Shown here: positions 22,785 through 34,429 of the stretch, in pieces
Layout: each line of letters begins with the position of its first letter
Numbering within the stretch: position 1 is the first letter of the stretch
Position numbers and translations under genes: made by a program
The notes under the pieces: model-generated
What the model was told of the DNA's origin: nothing
Database searches by the model: none
The model's input: only the letters and a program-made list of their open reading frames with translations
Assembly: GCA_021432655.1 (NCBI GenBank)
Contig: MU271484.1
Location: forward strand, 1 to 54,798
Direction: 5' to 3'
Length of the DNA stretch: 54,798 nucleotides
Origin: Atractiella rhizophila
Lineage: Eukaryota

Positions 22785-23897
22785 TCGACCCATGGCCTCA
22801 AGAGCCTAACCGACTACGATTCGCATTTCTACCAACATGCAATATGGACCGTCGAACGGTTTTCTCTATATATCGTTCTCTATCCCCCTTATTCATATGT
22901 GGTCGCTTGCGAGTTTATTGTTAAACACGACGTCTCTGGATAGATTCAAAGCCAATGCTTTCCGTTTGTTCCTTCCTTTTGGTTGGTTTGTTAGATGTAT
23001 GGATTGTTGTGATACTTAGGACTGATATATTGATAGGTGAAGTGGTGTTTCGTGGTGAACAATAGGCTGCTGTTTGCAAGCAATTTTTCAACTCGTTCAG
23101 ACTTTCTCTTGACTGCAGCACCCACAAAGCTCGACAGCCGGAGTACTAGTTACTGCTTCCTCACTCGACCAACTTCGAGTCGTAGCTCATCATGAGTCCT
23201 CCAATGGATTCACCCTTTCATCCTTTTCTTTGTCATCCGTTGCCCACACTACCAAGTGACCTGACCACGCGTCCGTCCCGGTCCTAGTTGTGAACTGCAG
23301 AATGACCACGTCCAAGTTGAGATCATGGAGCCACCAACTCGAAACCATGGGAGAGGTTCGTCTTCTCCGACTTAAAATGTTTAAAGTTACTAATAGTACT
23401 AGGAAGTGCTCGAATAGAAGAGCTCGAATAGAATAATCACAGACGGCGAACATGAATGCGCTCCTTTGTCCTCTTGAAGAAAAAAGGGCCGTGCGTTCAA
23501 ATCTTTCATTTCCCCAACCGTGCACAAAGGGACGTGCGCTCCATCCTTCCATGTCGGGCGAAATCACAAAGGTATCTGACCAGTCTAGACATTCACAAGG
23601 TCGCGACTTCCTTATCAGGCTGCATGTTTAAATGCCTTTGTAGGGACGTGCGTCGCGCGACTCACATTACTGAACTGGTATATTGAGAGTCCGGAAGAGT
23701 CTAAACATTGGGACCAGTTGGAATCATTGTTGAACGGTTCAGCTCTTTCATTCGACGGTGAGTAAGTTGGTGCAGAGCACCAAACGCATTATAAAGGGGT
23801 GGTGGCTGGAGGACAATTCTGCCACCTGTCCCTATACCCTCCTCCCCTCCTGTTCTGATACCCTTCCCCTTCTCCCTCTGCTGTTTTTGCGACAATC

Positions 23898-24491
23898 ATG
23901 TTCTTCAGCGCAGACTCCACAGGTCAATTCTCTCCTCTCGGAAGGCTGCATGCCGCTTCCTCTAGTCATCTTCCTGTGTGGACCAATACAATCTCCGCGT
24001 CTTCCACGCCCGCGTTACTTCAAGAATTGGAAGAGCAGGTTTCAGGCACAGGGACCAAACAGGAGAAACCGAAGTGGGCTTTCTTCCGCTCGCACTTTCG
24101 CAACAAATCCTCGTCAACTCCGTCTTCTACAAGAAGTAGCTCTCCCTCGACGCAATCACTCTCACGTTCCGAGACGCAGCTCCCAGAGGAGGACACTACG
24201 ATGGAAGTTCTCGCATGCCCTGCAATTCCACTGCCACCAAAAGCGATGATGAGAGAAAGGGAGGGCATCCAGCATCACTTTTCTAAACAACCGCCTGAAC
24301 GCAGACGAACCGTTTCAACGAGTACTTTGGACAGTGCGGCAAGCGAAGAAAAGAAAATGAGAAGGACCGTGGTTCTGCTGGCGGGACAGTTGAGGACAAG
24401 TCAGAAAGAAGTTCCCACCTCCGAGTCGGAGGTTGTGGATGATCAGACTGATAGGTCCGCTTTCCCTGTTACCTCCCTTGCAACGTATTGA
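23898..24491 (+). CDS. Hypothetical Ser-rich disordered protein (197 aa)
   Basis: Uninterrupted ATG-started ORF after a TATAAA (about 23790) and CT-rich leader; no recognisable domain. Confidence 0.45.
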   Translation: MFFSADSTGQFSPLGRLHAASSSHLPVWTNTISASSTPALLQELEEQVSGTGTKQEKPKWAFFRSHFRNKSSSTPSSTRSSSPSTQSLSRSETQLPEEDTTMEVLACPAIPLPPKAMMREREGIQHHFSKQPPERRRTVSTSTLDSAASEEKKMRRTVVLLAGQLRTSQKEVPTSESEVVDDQTDRSAFPVTSLATY

Positions 24492-25355
24492 AGAGACATA
24501 AAGTAGCCCAACCTCTGATCCGTAATTGCCGCTGGACTACCCATCATTCAAAATAGCTTTCAGATCCTTTCATTCTTTCATTGCACAGCCTTGATTCACC
24601 CTTTATCATTCATGCATCACAGTACAGCATTCCGTGTCCTTCCCTGTTGAAGATTTGCTTCAAACCGACTGTCTTTCCGGCTGTACGTTCAACCATATTT
24701 TACAAGCACCTGACAGGCGTGTTTTACTTTTGTTATGTTTGTTCATAAATGCTACATCTCTGTCGAGTTTCGGACATTTCAAGGATCATCCAGTCAGATC
24801 CCTCTGCCTCTGCAATGCAATGTCATATTAGAAGAAAGAGAAAGCGGGAAGTGGTGCGGACGACATTTTCTGTCTTGGCAAACTGCGAGTACCGAGTCCT
24901 GATCTGATCGGGAATAATCTTCACGGCGCCGGACTCATATACATCTACGTGTTACGACGAACAAACGGGTTCTGAATCACGAATCATGCCTCCATCCCGT
25001 TTCAACTACAAGTCACTAAGTTACTACAACCCCGACTTTACACTGTGCGCACACCACCATGCAGCTGAAGAAGTCTCATGTTCCGAGGTCCCTGTTGCCT
25101 AGCTCACGTCTTGATGCTAAGACAAGATAGACCACCATGACTTGTTATGGCTCACTCCGCCTGCTTCACAGGTTCCTCGAGGAAAGGCTATAAAGGAGGC
25201 GTCCCGAATGCTCCGCTCCGTCTGCTTACTCTCGAGTGTCACTTTTCAGAGATCACAAAAGGGAAAAGGGATAACGCGAACCTGCCATGGACTGCCAAAT
25301 GCGATGTATCCTCCTCGCTTTCTTCTCTCCCTTCTTCTCCTTCATTCCCCTCAGC

Positions 25356-25783
25356 ATGTTCATCATTCTCCCTCGTTCTTCATCACCACTACACATACAC
25401 ATTCGAAACGGCTTCCTGATCGCTGCCTTCACTCTCTTCATACTCAGCGGCTGGCAAGCCATTCGAGCGCTCAAGTACACTGGATACGCAACTGATGAAC
25501 GGTGAGCCCTCTTTTTGTTCTTGCTTTCCCCCTTTCTTTCCTAGCTGAAGATTGCACTCGAAGGCCACTACTTCGTAAAAGACGAGTCCGGATAGATTCG
25601 TCCAAAACAATGCAAGCGACCCTCTGCTCCTTAGCCGGCTTCACATTCCTCTGCTTTGGAAGCGGACTCGCACTTCTCCCAGCCGCTCCGTGTATGGCAG
25701 CCGTTTTCGCTGGGCTTTCACTCATCCCTATGGGAGTCGGGTGGAGCCTGAGGAAAGAAGATTGGACGCAGACAGACCGTTAG
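25356..25783 (+). CDS. Possible small membrane protein (two C-terminal hydrophobic segments); start unresolved
   Basis: Canonical-looking intron GTGAGC...TTCCTAG (25502-25544) followed by ...TLCSLAGFTFLCFGSGLALLPAAPCMAAVFAGLSLIPMGVGW; the upstream reading frame is not cleanly resolved. Confidence 0.25.
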
Positions 25784-27036
25784 GTGCGTCCTAATTATCG
25801 GACTGCGATGAAAGGAATTAATCCAGCTTGAAGCAGCAGAAAACACAGTTCAATTTCAACGCCAAACCAAAAACAGTTCTTCTAGTCACTATCATGCAGA
25901 CGTAGAACGAGTCGGTGAGTACATTATCTTGCCTCTCCAAGTTGCAGGGACTAATGATAAAGTTTCGATTCTTTTCTAGCAACCTCGCCTATCACATGAT
26001 ACTTGAATCGAGTGATAAACAGGAAAGGCTCTGGAGATCTTTAGAGAGAGGACGTGGTGGCTTCCTGATGCTACATAAGCTAGTACGAACTGGAACAAGG
26101 AAAGGGAACATGATGGTGATGGGAATTATTTATGGGTGCTACAATCAATTTGAACGATATTACGGCGCCATTATAATTGCAAAGAGCTCGAGCTGGCTTG
26201 AAGATGATTCGTAGCACTGTGAGGCAAAAAGTCGTTGGATCGCATTCTGACAACGAGAAGAAGTGAGCTCCAGAGCCTAGACCTCTACAGGGCAAGTTTG
26301 AAGCGAGGGAAGACGACGAAGTGTTTTCCCACACCGCAGAAAAGAAAGAAGAAGCACTTCTAAGCTGACCCATCCTTTCGAAAGAATTACTTCCAGGAGA
26401 CAGAGAGTGGCAGAAACGCAGTTGGTTGCTTTAGGCAAAAGGATGCAGCGAGCGGAACCTCCCCTGAGAAATTTACTCGATACCTTCAAACATTGATTGG
26501 ATAAATAGAAAAGAAATCTAGCGCTGATTACAAGGTGAGGTCAGGAAGCGGGAGGCGTGGGGACCGTCTATCCAGCTGCGCGAACCATTCTTCATCGCAC
26601 GAAGCCAAGCTGATAAGCAAAACAACTTTCGTAAATATATAGAAATTGTTTCTGGTTTGCGGTTTGTCGCATTTATAAGCGTAGCTTGAAATCTGATGAT
26701 CTCTCCATCTATTTCGCGCTTTGGTGACCATGCTGAATGTCATTTCAGGTCTCCTTTGCAGCGGCGATTACATCCAAAGTTTCGTGAGGCGATGTTCATT
26801 GTATTGAACGCTCAAGAGTCTTCCTCGAATCAGCCATAGCCTGTTCCCAACAGTCTGTCAGCTCTCGTTGTTGATAACTGGCCCAGTGCATCTTCCTGCA
26901 ATAAGGTATACTGAATGGCATCCCTTCCAACCTCAATCTGATATTTGCTTGGAATTGTTATGGTATCTGACCCGTCGAAGCCAATTAGCCACAAATTCGC
27001 ATGACATTGACTTCAAGTTCAGTTTGTAAGCTTCAA

Positions 27037-29117
27037 TCATCGTGCTGCTGTCCCACCAACAATAGGAGCGACCTTGACCTCCCTCTCCTTCGCTTTTTTC
27101 TCTTCCTCCATTTTCAGCTTGTTCTGCATTAGAGCCTTTGTAGTTTTCTTCTGTGGCCGTATCGTCCTCTCCTTCGGTGGGTTGATAGTCACGTTATTGA
27201 GACTTGGAGTGGGGTTTCTGCGTTCCCAAACCTATTGCAGGGTTCATGGAGAGCCAAGGTTCAGCGGAGGAAGGGACGGACCTGGATATAGGTTTCACCC
27301 AAAAACACCATCTGTCGATTTATCTCCTCCACAACGAGGTCAACTATTTCAAACCACCTCTCTTCTCCCTCGTTCCTCGTGTGCACCTGTACCTTCCATA
27401 CCGTTCCCACCCGAGCACTTCCTGCTAAAGATTCATGCGTAATATTCGCGCACAGATCGTAAACGGTCTCCCCATCCACAGGGTTGTCCACATCTATTGA
27501 GTGCGCATACAATGAATTGAGTTCCACTATGACGAGAAAGGAAAAAGGCGTACAATCACGCATGTCCACGCCTCGCGTGGGAAAGTTCACGACTGTTGGA
27601 TTCTTTTCTTCTAGAAAGTTGTTTGAAGTGAAGCGTTTGACGTGTAGGATCAGAAAAGGTGGGAGTGTGGCCATCTTGTATCTTCTTATCTTTCCTTTCG
27701 ATTCCTGTTAATGAACGTCTATCAGGTCCTTCATTCGAAGAAGAACGAAAAGGACGAACCTGCGTGGTTCGTCCGTCATATTTTGCTAGAAGGGACGTGA
27801 GTTGCACTTGAGGAATGATGTTCTTTTGCACTGCATCTTGGAATAGCGGAGGTGGAGGGAGATCGAGAGTAAGGAACAGGAAAGGGGTAAGGGTCGTCCT
27901 CGTTTCTAAAATCTGGAATATCAATACCAGTCCAGGTGCTCTTTGAGAACGACAGAATCAGAATGAAGAGAGCAGTATAAACGTACCTCGCTCGATCATA
28001 AACCTCGCAGCCTGCCCTTGTATCCCAGCCGTATGTACTACATCCTGTTCTTCAATCCTAACTGTTCCCTGGAACAGTGCAAAAATAACGCTACTATCCC
28101 TTGCCTTTTTCCCTCCCAGGTCGCGATGTAAGCTTCCCAATAACCAAGCAAGAAACTCGAGAGGGTCTTTTCCTTTATTCTCCTCTTTCTCTTTTTCATT
28201 AACGATGGTTCCCTTAATTCCCTCCTCCTCCTTTAACTTCTTCTTCGCCAAACTCCCTCCTCCACCAATCCGAAACTTCTTCCCACTCGCTGCTGATACT
28301 TCTTGGAGGAACTCGTGGGGTGAAAGCTGCGACTTGAACGCACGTGGATTCCAATACCGACGAGCGAAGATAGAGAGGCGGTGGACGAGCTCGGAGGCGT
28401 GGTGAGAGGAAGAAAATCCGTTCGGAGGATGGGGGACAGATGAGGGAATACCACCGAATATGAAGTAATCGCGGAGCGGTGGGATGTGCAGCAACAAGTG
28501 CAGGATGACATTTAGGTGCGAAGAACCGACGTTGTTCAGTCCATTGAACCCCGGAACATATGGTGTGGATGACAGGTCGTAGCTTGTAGGATGAGAAAGA
28601 GTGTCAATGTTGTGTAACAATTGCGGAGTGAAGAGTGGTGAGAGGAGGTAGGATATGTCGTCCAGAGAGGGGTCTGACACTTCATACGAGTCTGGAAGGA
28701 TGTAGAACTACGGTACAACAAACACATCACTATCTATAATTCCTTAATATAAAAAGTAAAGGAAAAGCGCACCTTCTTCGTCTCCAAATTCACAAAAACA
28801 TGGTGGTCTTTATCCAAGCTGTGATTATATGCCTCGCTCTTCTTCCCCCGTCCCTGAAAATATTTCCCACAAACCAAGCAAGCATAAACATTCACGTTCC
28901 TCAGCGTGACTGAACAGAGCTTCTCAAAGTCAAAGTCGAGCAAATGTCGATGTATGGTATCGAGGTACAAATCGGTAGGACGCGTCGTCAAATCAGCTTC
29001 AAGAGAAATTTCCTCCTCCACATCGGACGGAATTTCATCGTTCGCACCTTCTTCTGAGATGGCAGCATATCCTCCTTCTTCGTCTAAGCGCTGTCGTTTC
29101 GTGGATGGCTCTTCCAT
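27037..29117 (-). CDS. SAD1: U4/U6.U5 tri-snRNP protein Sad1/USP39 (ZnF-UBP + inactive USP domain)
   Basis: DLYLDTIHRHLLDFDFEKLCSVTL, NVYACLVCGKYFQGRG, PGFNGLNN, QLSPHEFLQ, LDLPPPPLFQD, EKNPTVVNFP, ETYIQ|VWERR; stop at 27037. Confidence 0.95.
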
Positions 29118-29225
29118 TTCGTTATCCCGGACCCGAAACAAAACAGTGTGGCGAGAAGAGCTCGTCGAGTGCCAAATACAACCAACCGTTCCTCGACGCG
29201 TTACCGTTTGAAGTTGTCGAACAAA
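29118..29225. promoter_or_regulatory. 108-bp bidirectional promoter/5' UTR interval between SAD1 and MLH1
   Basis: Divergent start codons at 29117 (-) and 29226 (+); contains an ACGCGT (MCB-like) hexamer at about 29196. Confidence 0.6.
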
Positions 29226-32053
29226 ATGAGCACTCCAGCGCTACCTACGAGGATACGGAAGTTAGAAGAGAACGTAATAAACCGTATTGCAGCCGGTGAG
29301 GTCTGCAACTTTCTTTTGCGTGTGAATAGTCAAAGCTGGAACAACTTGCGTACCAGATCATCCTCAGGCCAGCGAACGCGCTCAAGGAGCTTCTGGAGAA
29401 CTCATTCGACGCTGGTGCGACGCAGATTAAGGTCACTGTGAAAGAAGGGGGGATTAAAGGTCTCGTGATACAGGATAATGGATGTGGAATAAACGTTTGT
29501 ATTTCTACTCCATTTGCCTAATTTACTCATAGTGAAATGCAGAAGGAAGACCTTCCCATCCTGTGTGAAAGATTTACTACCTCCAAGATTAGAGACTTCG
29601 AGGATCTCTCCTCTCTTTCGACTTTTGGGTTTCGAGGGGAAGCCCTAGCAAGCATTTCTCATGTCGCTAACTTCAGTGTTACCACAAAGACGAAAGACTC
29701 GGAATGTGCATGGACGTAGGTTTTCACTCTTATTTTTGGAATTATGGCCACACTCGAGTGTTCTGAAGTGATGTCTGCTTCGCTGCAGTGCGACCTACAC
29801 AGATGGGAAGATGAAATCTCTCAATCCAGCTGCTGGCAACGATGGAACGTTAATGGTAATCGAGGATCTATTTTACAACATCCCATCGAGGTTAAAAACA
29901 CTCAAATCCGCCTCTGAAGAATACAGTCAGATACTGTCTATGGTTACGAAATATGCCGTACACAAAACGAACCTCGCCATCAGCGTCAAGAAGGCAAACG
30001 CGTCACCAGATCTGGCCACGTCTATCAGTTGGACAAAACAGCAGGCTATAGGGAACATTTATGGTGCAAATCTTGGGAAAGAGTTGCTTAGTATTGAAGC
30101 TCAAGATGACGGACTGGGCTTGAAAAGTGCCAACGGGTGGATCAGTAGTGCCAATTTTGCGGCGAAGAAGGCAACCTGGTTGTGGTTTGTAAATGGTAAA
30201 CTAGATCCCCATCTCCCCCAAAGTCAGAGTGTGGTTGACTTCGTCTCGTGATAGATCGCCTCGTCTCGTCGACCATATTTCAGCGTGCATTCGCTGCTTT
30301 CTACTCCTCTATCCTCCCAAAAGGAAGCCATCCCTTTGTCTATCTTTCCCTTCAAATCGATCCTGAGAAGGTTCGCTCGCTTTGCTATCTAAATCCTGTG
30401 CATTCTGTCTGAGACTGTATTATTAAAGGTGGATGTGAACGTCCACCCAACGAAGAAAGAGGTACGGTTCTTGGATGAGGAGGAGATCGTAGAGGTGGTT
30501 CTGAAGGCCGTGGAGGAAGCTTTCGAGAAGAGTAAGAGCAGTAGAGGGTTCAAAGTCCAGGTAGGGGACCCCTCACTTCCATATGCATCCTTCTGACTAG
30601 TAGCCTGGTAGACATTGCTGCAACCCAAAGAACGGCCAGCTGAACCATGGACCCCAAAAGCGTCTACATCCACCTTTGGTACGTCTTCCGTTCCATTTTG
30701 AATTACAGCATGCAAAATAACACGCAAACAGGCAAAGCAGCTCCGAACAAACAAGTCCGCACCTCCCCTACTACCCAAACGCTCGACGGAATCTATCGTC
30801 CACTTGCACGCACAAATGCCAATTCTCCCTCTGCAGCCGCGCAAATATTTGGTGCCCCCTCTACCTCTTCGACGCCGAGACCTACCAAGCGTCGAAGGCT
30901 CTCTCCGGCTGATGAAAATATGGAGACGAGAGATAGCGACATGGATATCAGAGAAGAGGAGGGAGAGGGAGCGGCTCGATATGAGATCATGAGCTTGAAA
31001 ATTTCGGAATCCAAGTGTAACCTCACGAGCGTCAAGGTTCTTCGTGATGCTGTGAGCGAGGGAGAGGAGCCAGGTGCGCCACCTTCTTTATTCGATTATA
31101 TCCAAGCTTGTCGTTCGTTAATACATCGTATAGAGTTGACTACGATAATAAGGAACCACACCTTTGTTGGGATTGTTGATTTGACTGACGGAACAGCGCT
31201 GCTGCAGCATGGGAAGAAGCTGTATCTCCTTCGATACTTCCGTTTTGCGTAGGTGTAATCCTCACCACTCTGCATAATGGTAACCACTACTTGTATTTTT
31301 AGGGAAGAACTCTTCTATCAACTCGGGCTGAGACAATTCGGTACATTCGGTCGCCTTAAACTACAACCAGCTCCCTCCGTCGCCTCATTACTTGAACTAG
31401 CAATACGAGCACAGAAAGGGCCCATTGAGAAGGCAGGGTTAACAACAGAGCAAGTACTGAGAGTCAGTTTTGGTCCAACAATTTATGAAGCTGTAGCTAG
31501 TACTGATTGACATTTTGCAGGAAACAACTCAGATCCTTGGTTCAGAACAGAGGAGAGGGATGTTACACGAGTATTTTTCTCTCGAGATTGATAACGAAGG
31601 CAATATTTTAAGCCTTCCTATTCTCCTGCCGGGCTATACTCCCAATCTTGATAAGCTTCCTCTCTGTGAGCATTTTGATTTTGCATACCTTTTTCCTGGC
31701 TTACCAGAGATCCGTAGTTCTCCTTCGAATAGCTGCAGAGGTGCGTACCTCCTTCACAATTCGATCTAGGCACGAACGAGAAACATGTACAGGTGGAATG
31801 GTACGACGAAGAGCTCTGTTTTACCGGTTTCCTCCGCGAACTCTCCTTTCTCTACTCTCCAACTCCTCTATTCTCTTCTCGAAGCGACGCATCCACATCG
31901 CAAAAGGAAGAAGACCCTCCGTGGGAAATCGAACATCTGCTTTTCAAAGCCCTCAAGATGTACTTTGTGGCTCCAAAAACATTACGCGAGCTTGATCTCC
32001 TTGTTGAGCTCACGAGTTTGGAGTCGTTGTACAAAACGTTTGAGCGTTGCTAG
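29226..32053 (+). CDS. MLH1: DNA mismatch repair protein MutL homolog 1
   Basis: [80 protein letters not shown], and the diagnostic C-terminal FERC-stop. Confidence 0.97.
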
Positions 32054-32409
32054 GCGTGCTGTATGGGTTATTCGTCATGAACTATTTGTGCAATTATTAA
32101 AAGGGCTTATTTTAAAGTCGATCGCTCTGTCCCTCTCCCTAGTTCCACTACAATGATATCTCCTAAGATTGCGGCGTTCAACCTTGGGTGAGGGTTTGTT
32201 AATTATTTCCTCTCAGCTGTATCGTGTCAGGCATTGTGTTCAATTTAGCTTCATAACCAATGCATAGGTATGTTGATGGTACAAATTCATGCGTCTTGAC
32301 CAAGAAATTCATGCAAAAATGAAGTGAAACCGATCGCGTCCATCACCACCAACTTGAAGATGAAGGAAAAAATCAATAAACATGGTATACAAGAACGACT
32401 CAAATCCCT

Positions 32410-33112
32410 CTACAGAGCAGCCCCAACCGTTCCGATCGCGAGAGCCCATCCTAGCCAAAAGAGTTTTGCGGCCGTTCCACCGATTGTGCGCTTCCAGGCG
32501 GCGCTGCCACTTCCTCCATTCCCACCTGTGAAACTCGACCAATCTGTCACTGTTACTGTTACGAGAGGGATGACGGTCACTGCGGCGCTGCCGGAGTGTG
32601 CTTCTCCCTCTGAAGCCAGGTAAAAACATCAGTCAGGTCAGACATGGAGGGAAGACAAGCTTGAGATGAGGGAAAGACGAACCGTAGTGACACACGCATT
32701 GGCCGCAGACATCTTGGCTTTGTGAAATGACAACGTAAACGGTGGACCCATCTGGACTTGTAGAGGTAGAGGTAGTTTCTGTTGTCGCTGGCAAACAGCT
32801 GGCGTAGTGACCGGGGAAGATTCCCGCTTTGTGCCATATTCAGCTCAGCTCAATCCGTCACACAACAAGGAGGAGGATGAAACACGCACCGTCGTAGTAC
32901 GGCTCACAAGCGTATCCTGACCAGCAAGCGGAGGGGTTCCCACCGGGAGTATCGATGATGATGTCGCGCTTGTGTAGACGGTGCTCTGCGTGTGTGGAGT
33001 AACGCCGAGCGTGATCATGCACTGGGGCTTGTGTTGGAGCGGAGGCAGGGACGGTGGGGAGAGTTGTGTTGGAATAAACGGGAGAAGGGTCGTAAGATGT
33101 AAGAACAGGCAT
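32410..33112 (-). CDS. Small Cys-containing, Ser/Thr-rich protein with hydrophobic C-terminus (putative GPI-anchored surface protein); 5' end uncertain
   Basis: Three exons join in frame: ...LHKRDIIIDTPGGNPSACWSGYACEPYYD|AGIFPGHYASCLP...DVCGQCVCHY|ASEG...GGSGSAAWKRTIGGTAAKLFWLGWALAIGTVGAAL-stop. Confidence 0.55.
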
Positions 33113-34429
33113 CTGTTTTCTCCTTTCCTGACCATTTCTTTCTGATAGAGGAGATGCTCACGGTCAAGAACTTGTTTGGAGCGCGTAGAACCTCTTTCAA
33201 CTTTTACGTTGTCCGATAACAAGAAGTCAAGTCGTTTCTTCGTTTGTTTTAAATATCTATCGTTGGTGAGATTGCTCAGCGTTGAGGAGGTCGTCTAGAT
33301 GATTTGGGTCGTAAAGAGGAGGAAGACAAGTGCTATTTTGTGGTTGTAATAGATGTTGGCTCAACATCTCTTTCAGCCTGGAAAGTCGGATCCGATCTTG
33401 GCCGGCGGCAAACAATGGCAAAGCGTGTGCGTCCCGTGTGTGTCCGCTGAGTCGGAGCTGCAGCCACGAAGATAGGGAGTGTCCAGGGAATATCTGCCCC
33501 TATACTCACAGGAAAGGTACCTCACAAGCCACTGCAACCAATTACCCTCACGATAACACCCTAGAAATCCAGTCTATCGGATAATTTGCGGAGGAAGCGA
33601 GATTGGGTGTTTGGATAGGGCACATCTCCAACTTGAGATCTATCTAAGCTTGAGAGCAGCGATCCGTGCTGCAATCGTGGGCACATTACACGTGGTAAGC
33701 TCCCAGATTTCTGTATATAATGGGATTGCGATTCCTACCTCAAAAGTCCCCTCAAACCTCAGTATATCCCAATCGAAACTCGTCCTCGAACTTTCACTCG
33801 ATTCCCTCAACTCTTTCCTTTCTGTTTCTTCAAAGCTACTCTGTGTTGAGCCTCGGTTGTCTCTTATACGTTTCTGGCTGTTCCCATGATATTTGCTCGT
33901 GCTTGATCCACCAGCGTAGATTGACTTCTCCCTCCCACCCCAAATTCCAAGTATCGTTCAATCAAACATCAAATCGACCCGCTCGTGTCCTATCTGCCTT
34001 CAAAATCGAGCTTTCCACTTCATATTACCGCCGCCTTGTCCTCTTGACAATTCTGGCTCTTTCTCTTTGACGATCCCTTCAACTCCGCAGTCTGTGATAC
34101 ACATCTACGACGGAGGGCTATTCTAACATCTTCTGCCTTGATCAGTTTATACGTCTCCATCTTTTGGGTCAACGAGAATTCAAACGAACGAAATCGAATC
34201 GAAAAAAATACCAAGAAGAACATTTGAGAGCACCCCAAACGAACGAAATCAATCTAGAAGGTCATAATCAGTTTCTCGCTTTCAGTTTGGACCTCGCACT
34301 CTGTCCAACGCCATACGTTCTCCGTCTCCGCTGTCGTGCACCTCAATCGCGTCTGCAAGAGCACAACGATACCACCATACGTCAATACGTCAAGTTTTCT
34401 GTAGCATCCGTCATCAGTAACATAACAAC

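Noticed and set aside
25915..26950. Short ORFs and coding-like composition downstream of SAD1
   Set aside because: Frequent stops in all frames, no motif and no terminal repeats; cannot be called a gene or a transposon.
28490..28560. Missing catalytic Cys in the USP domain of SAD1
   Set aside because: Expected: Sad1/USP39 is an established pseudo-deubiquitinase.
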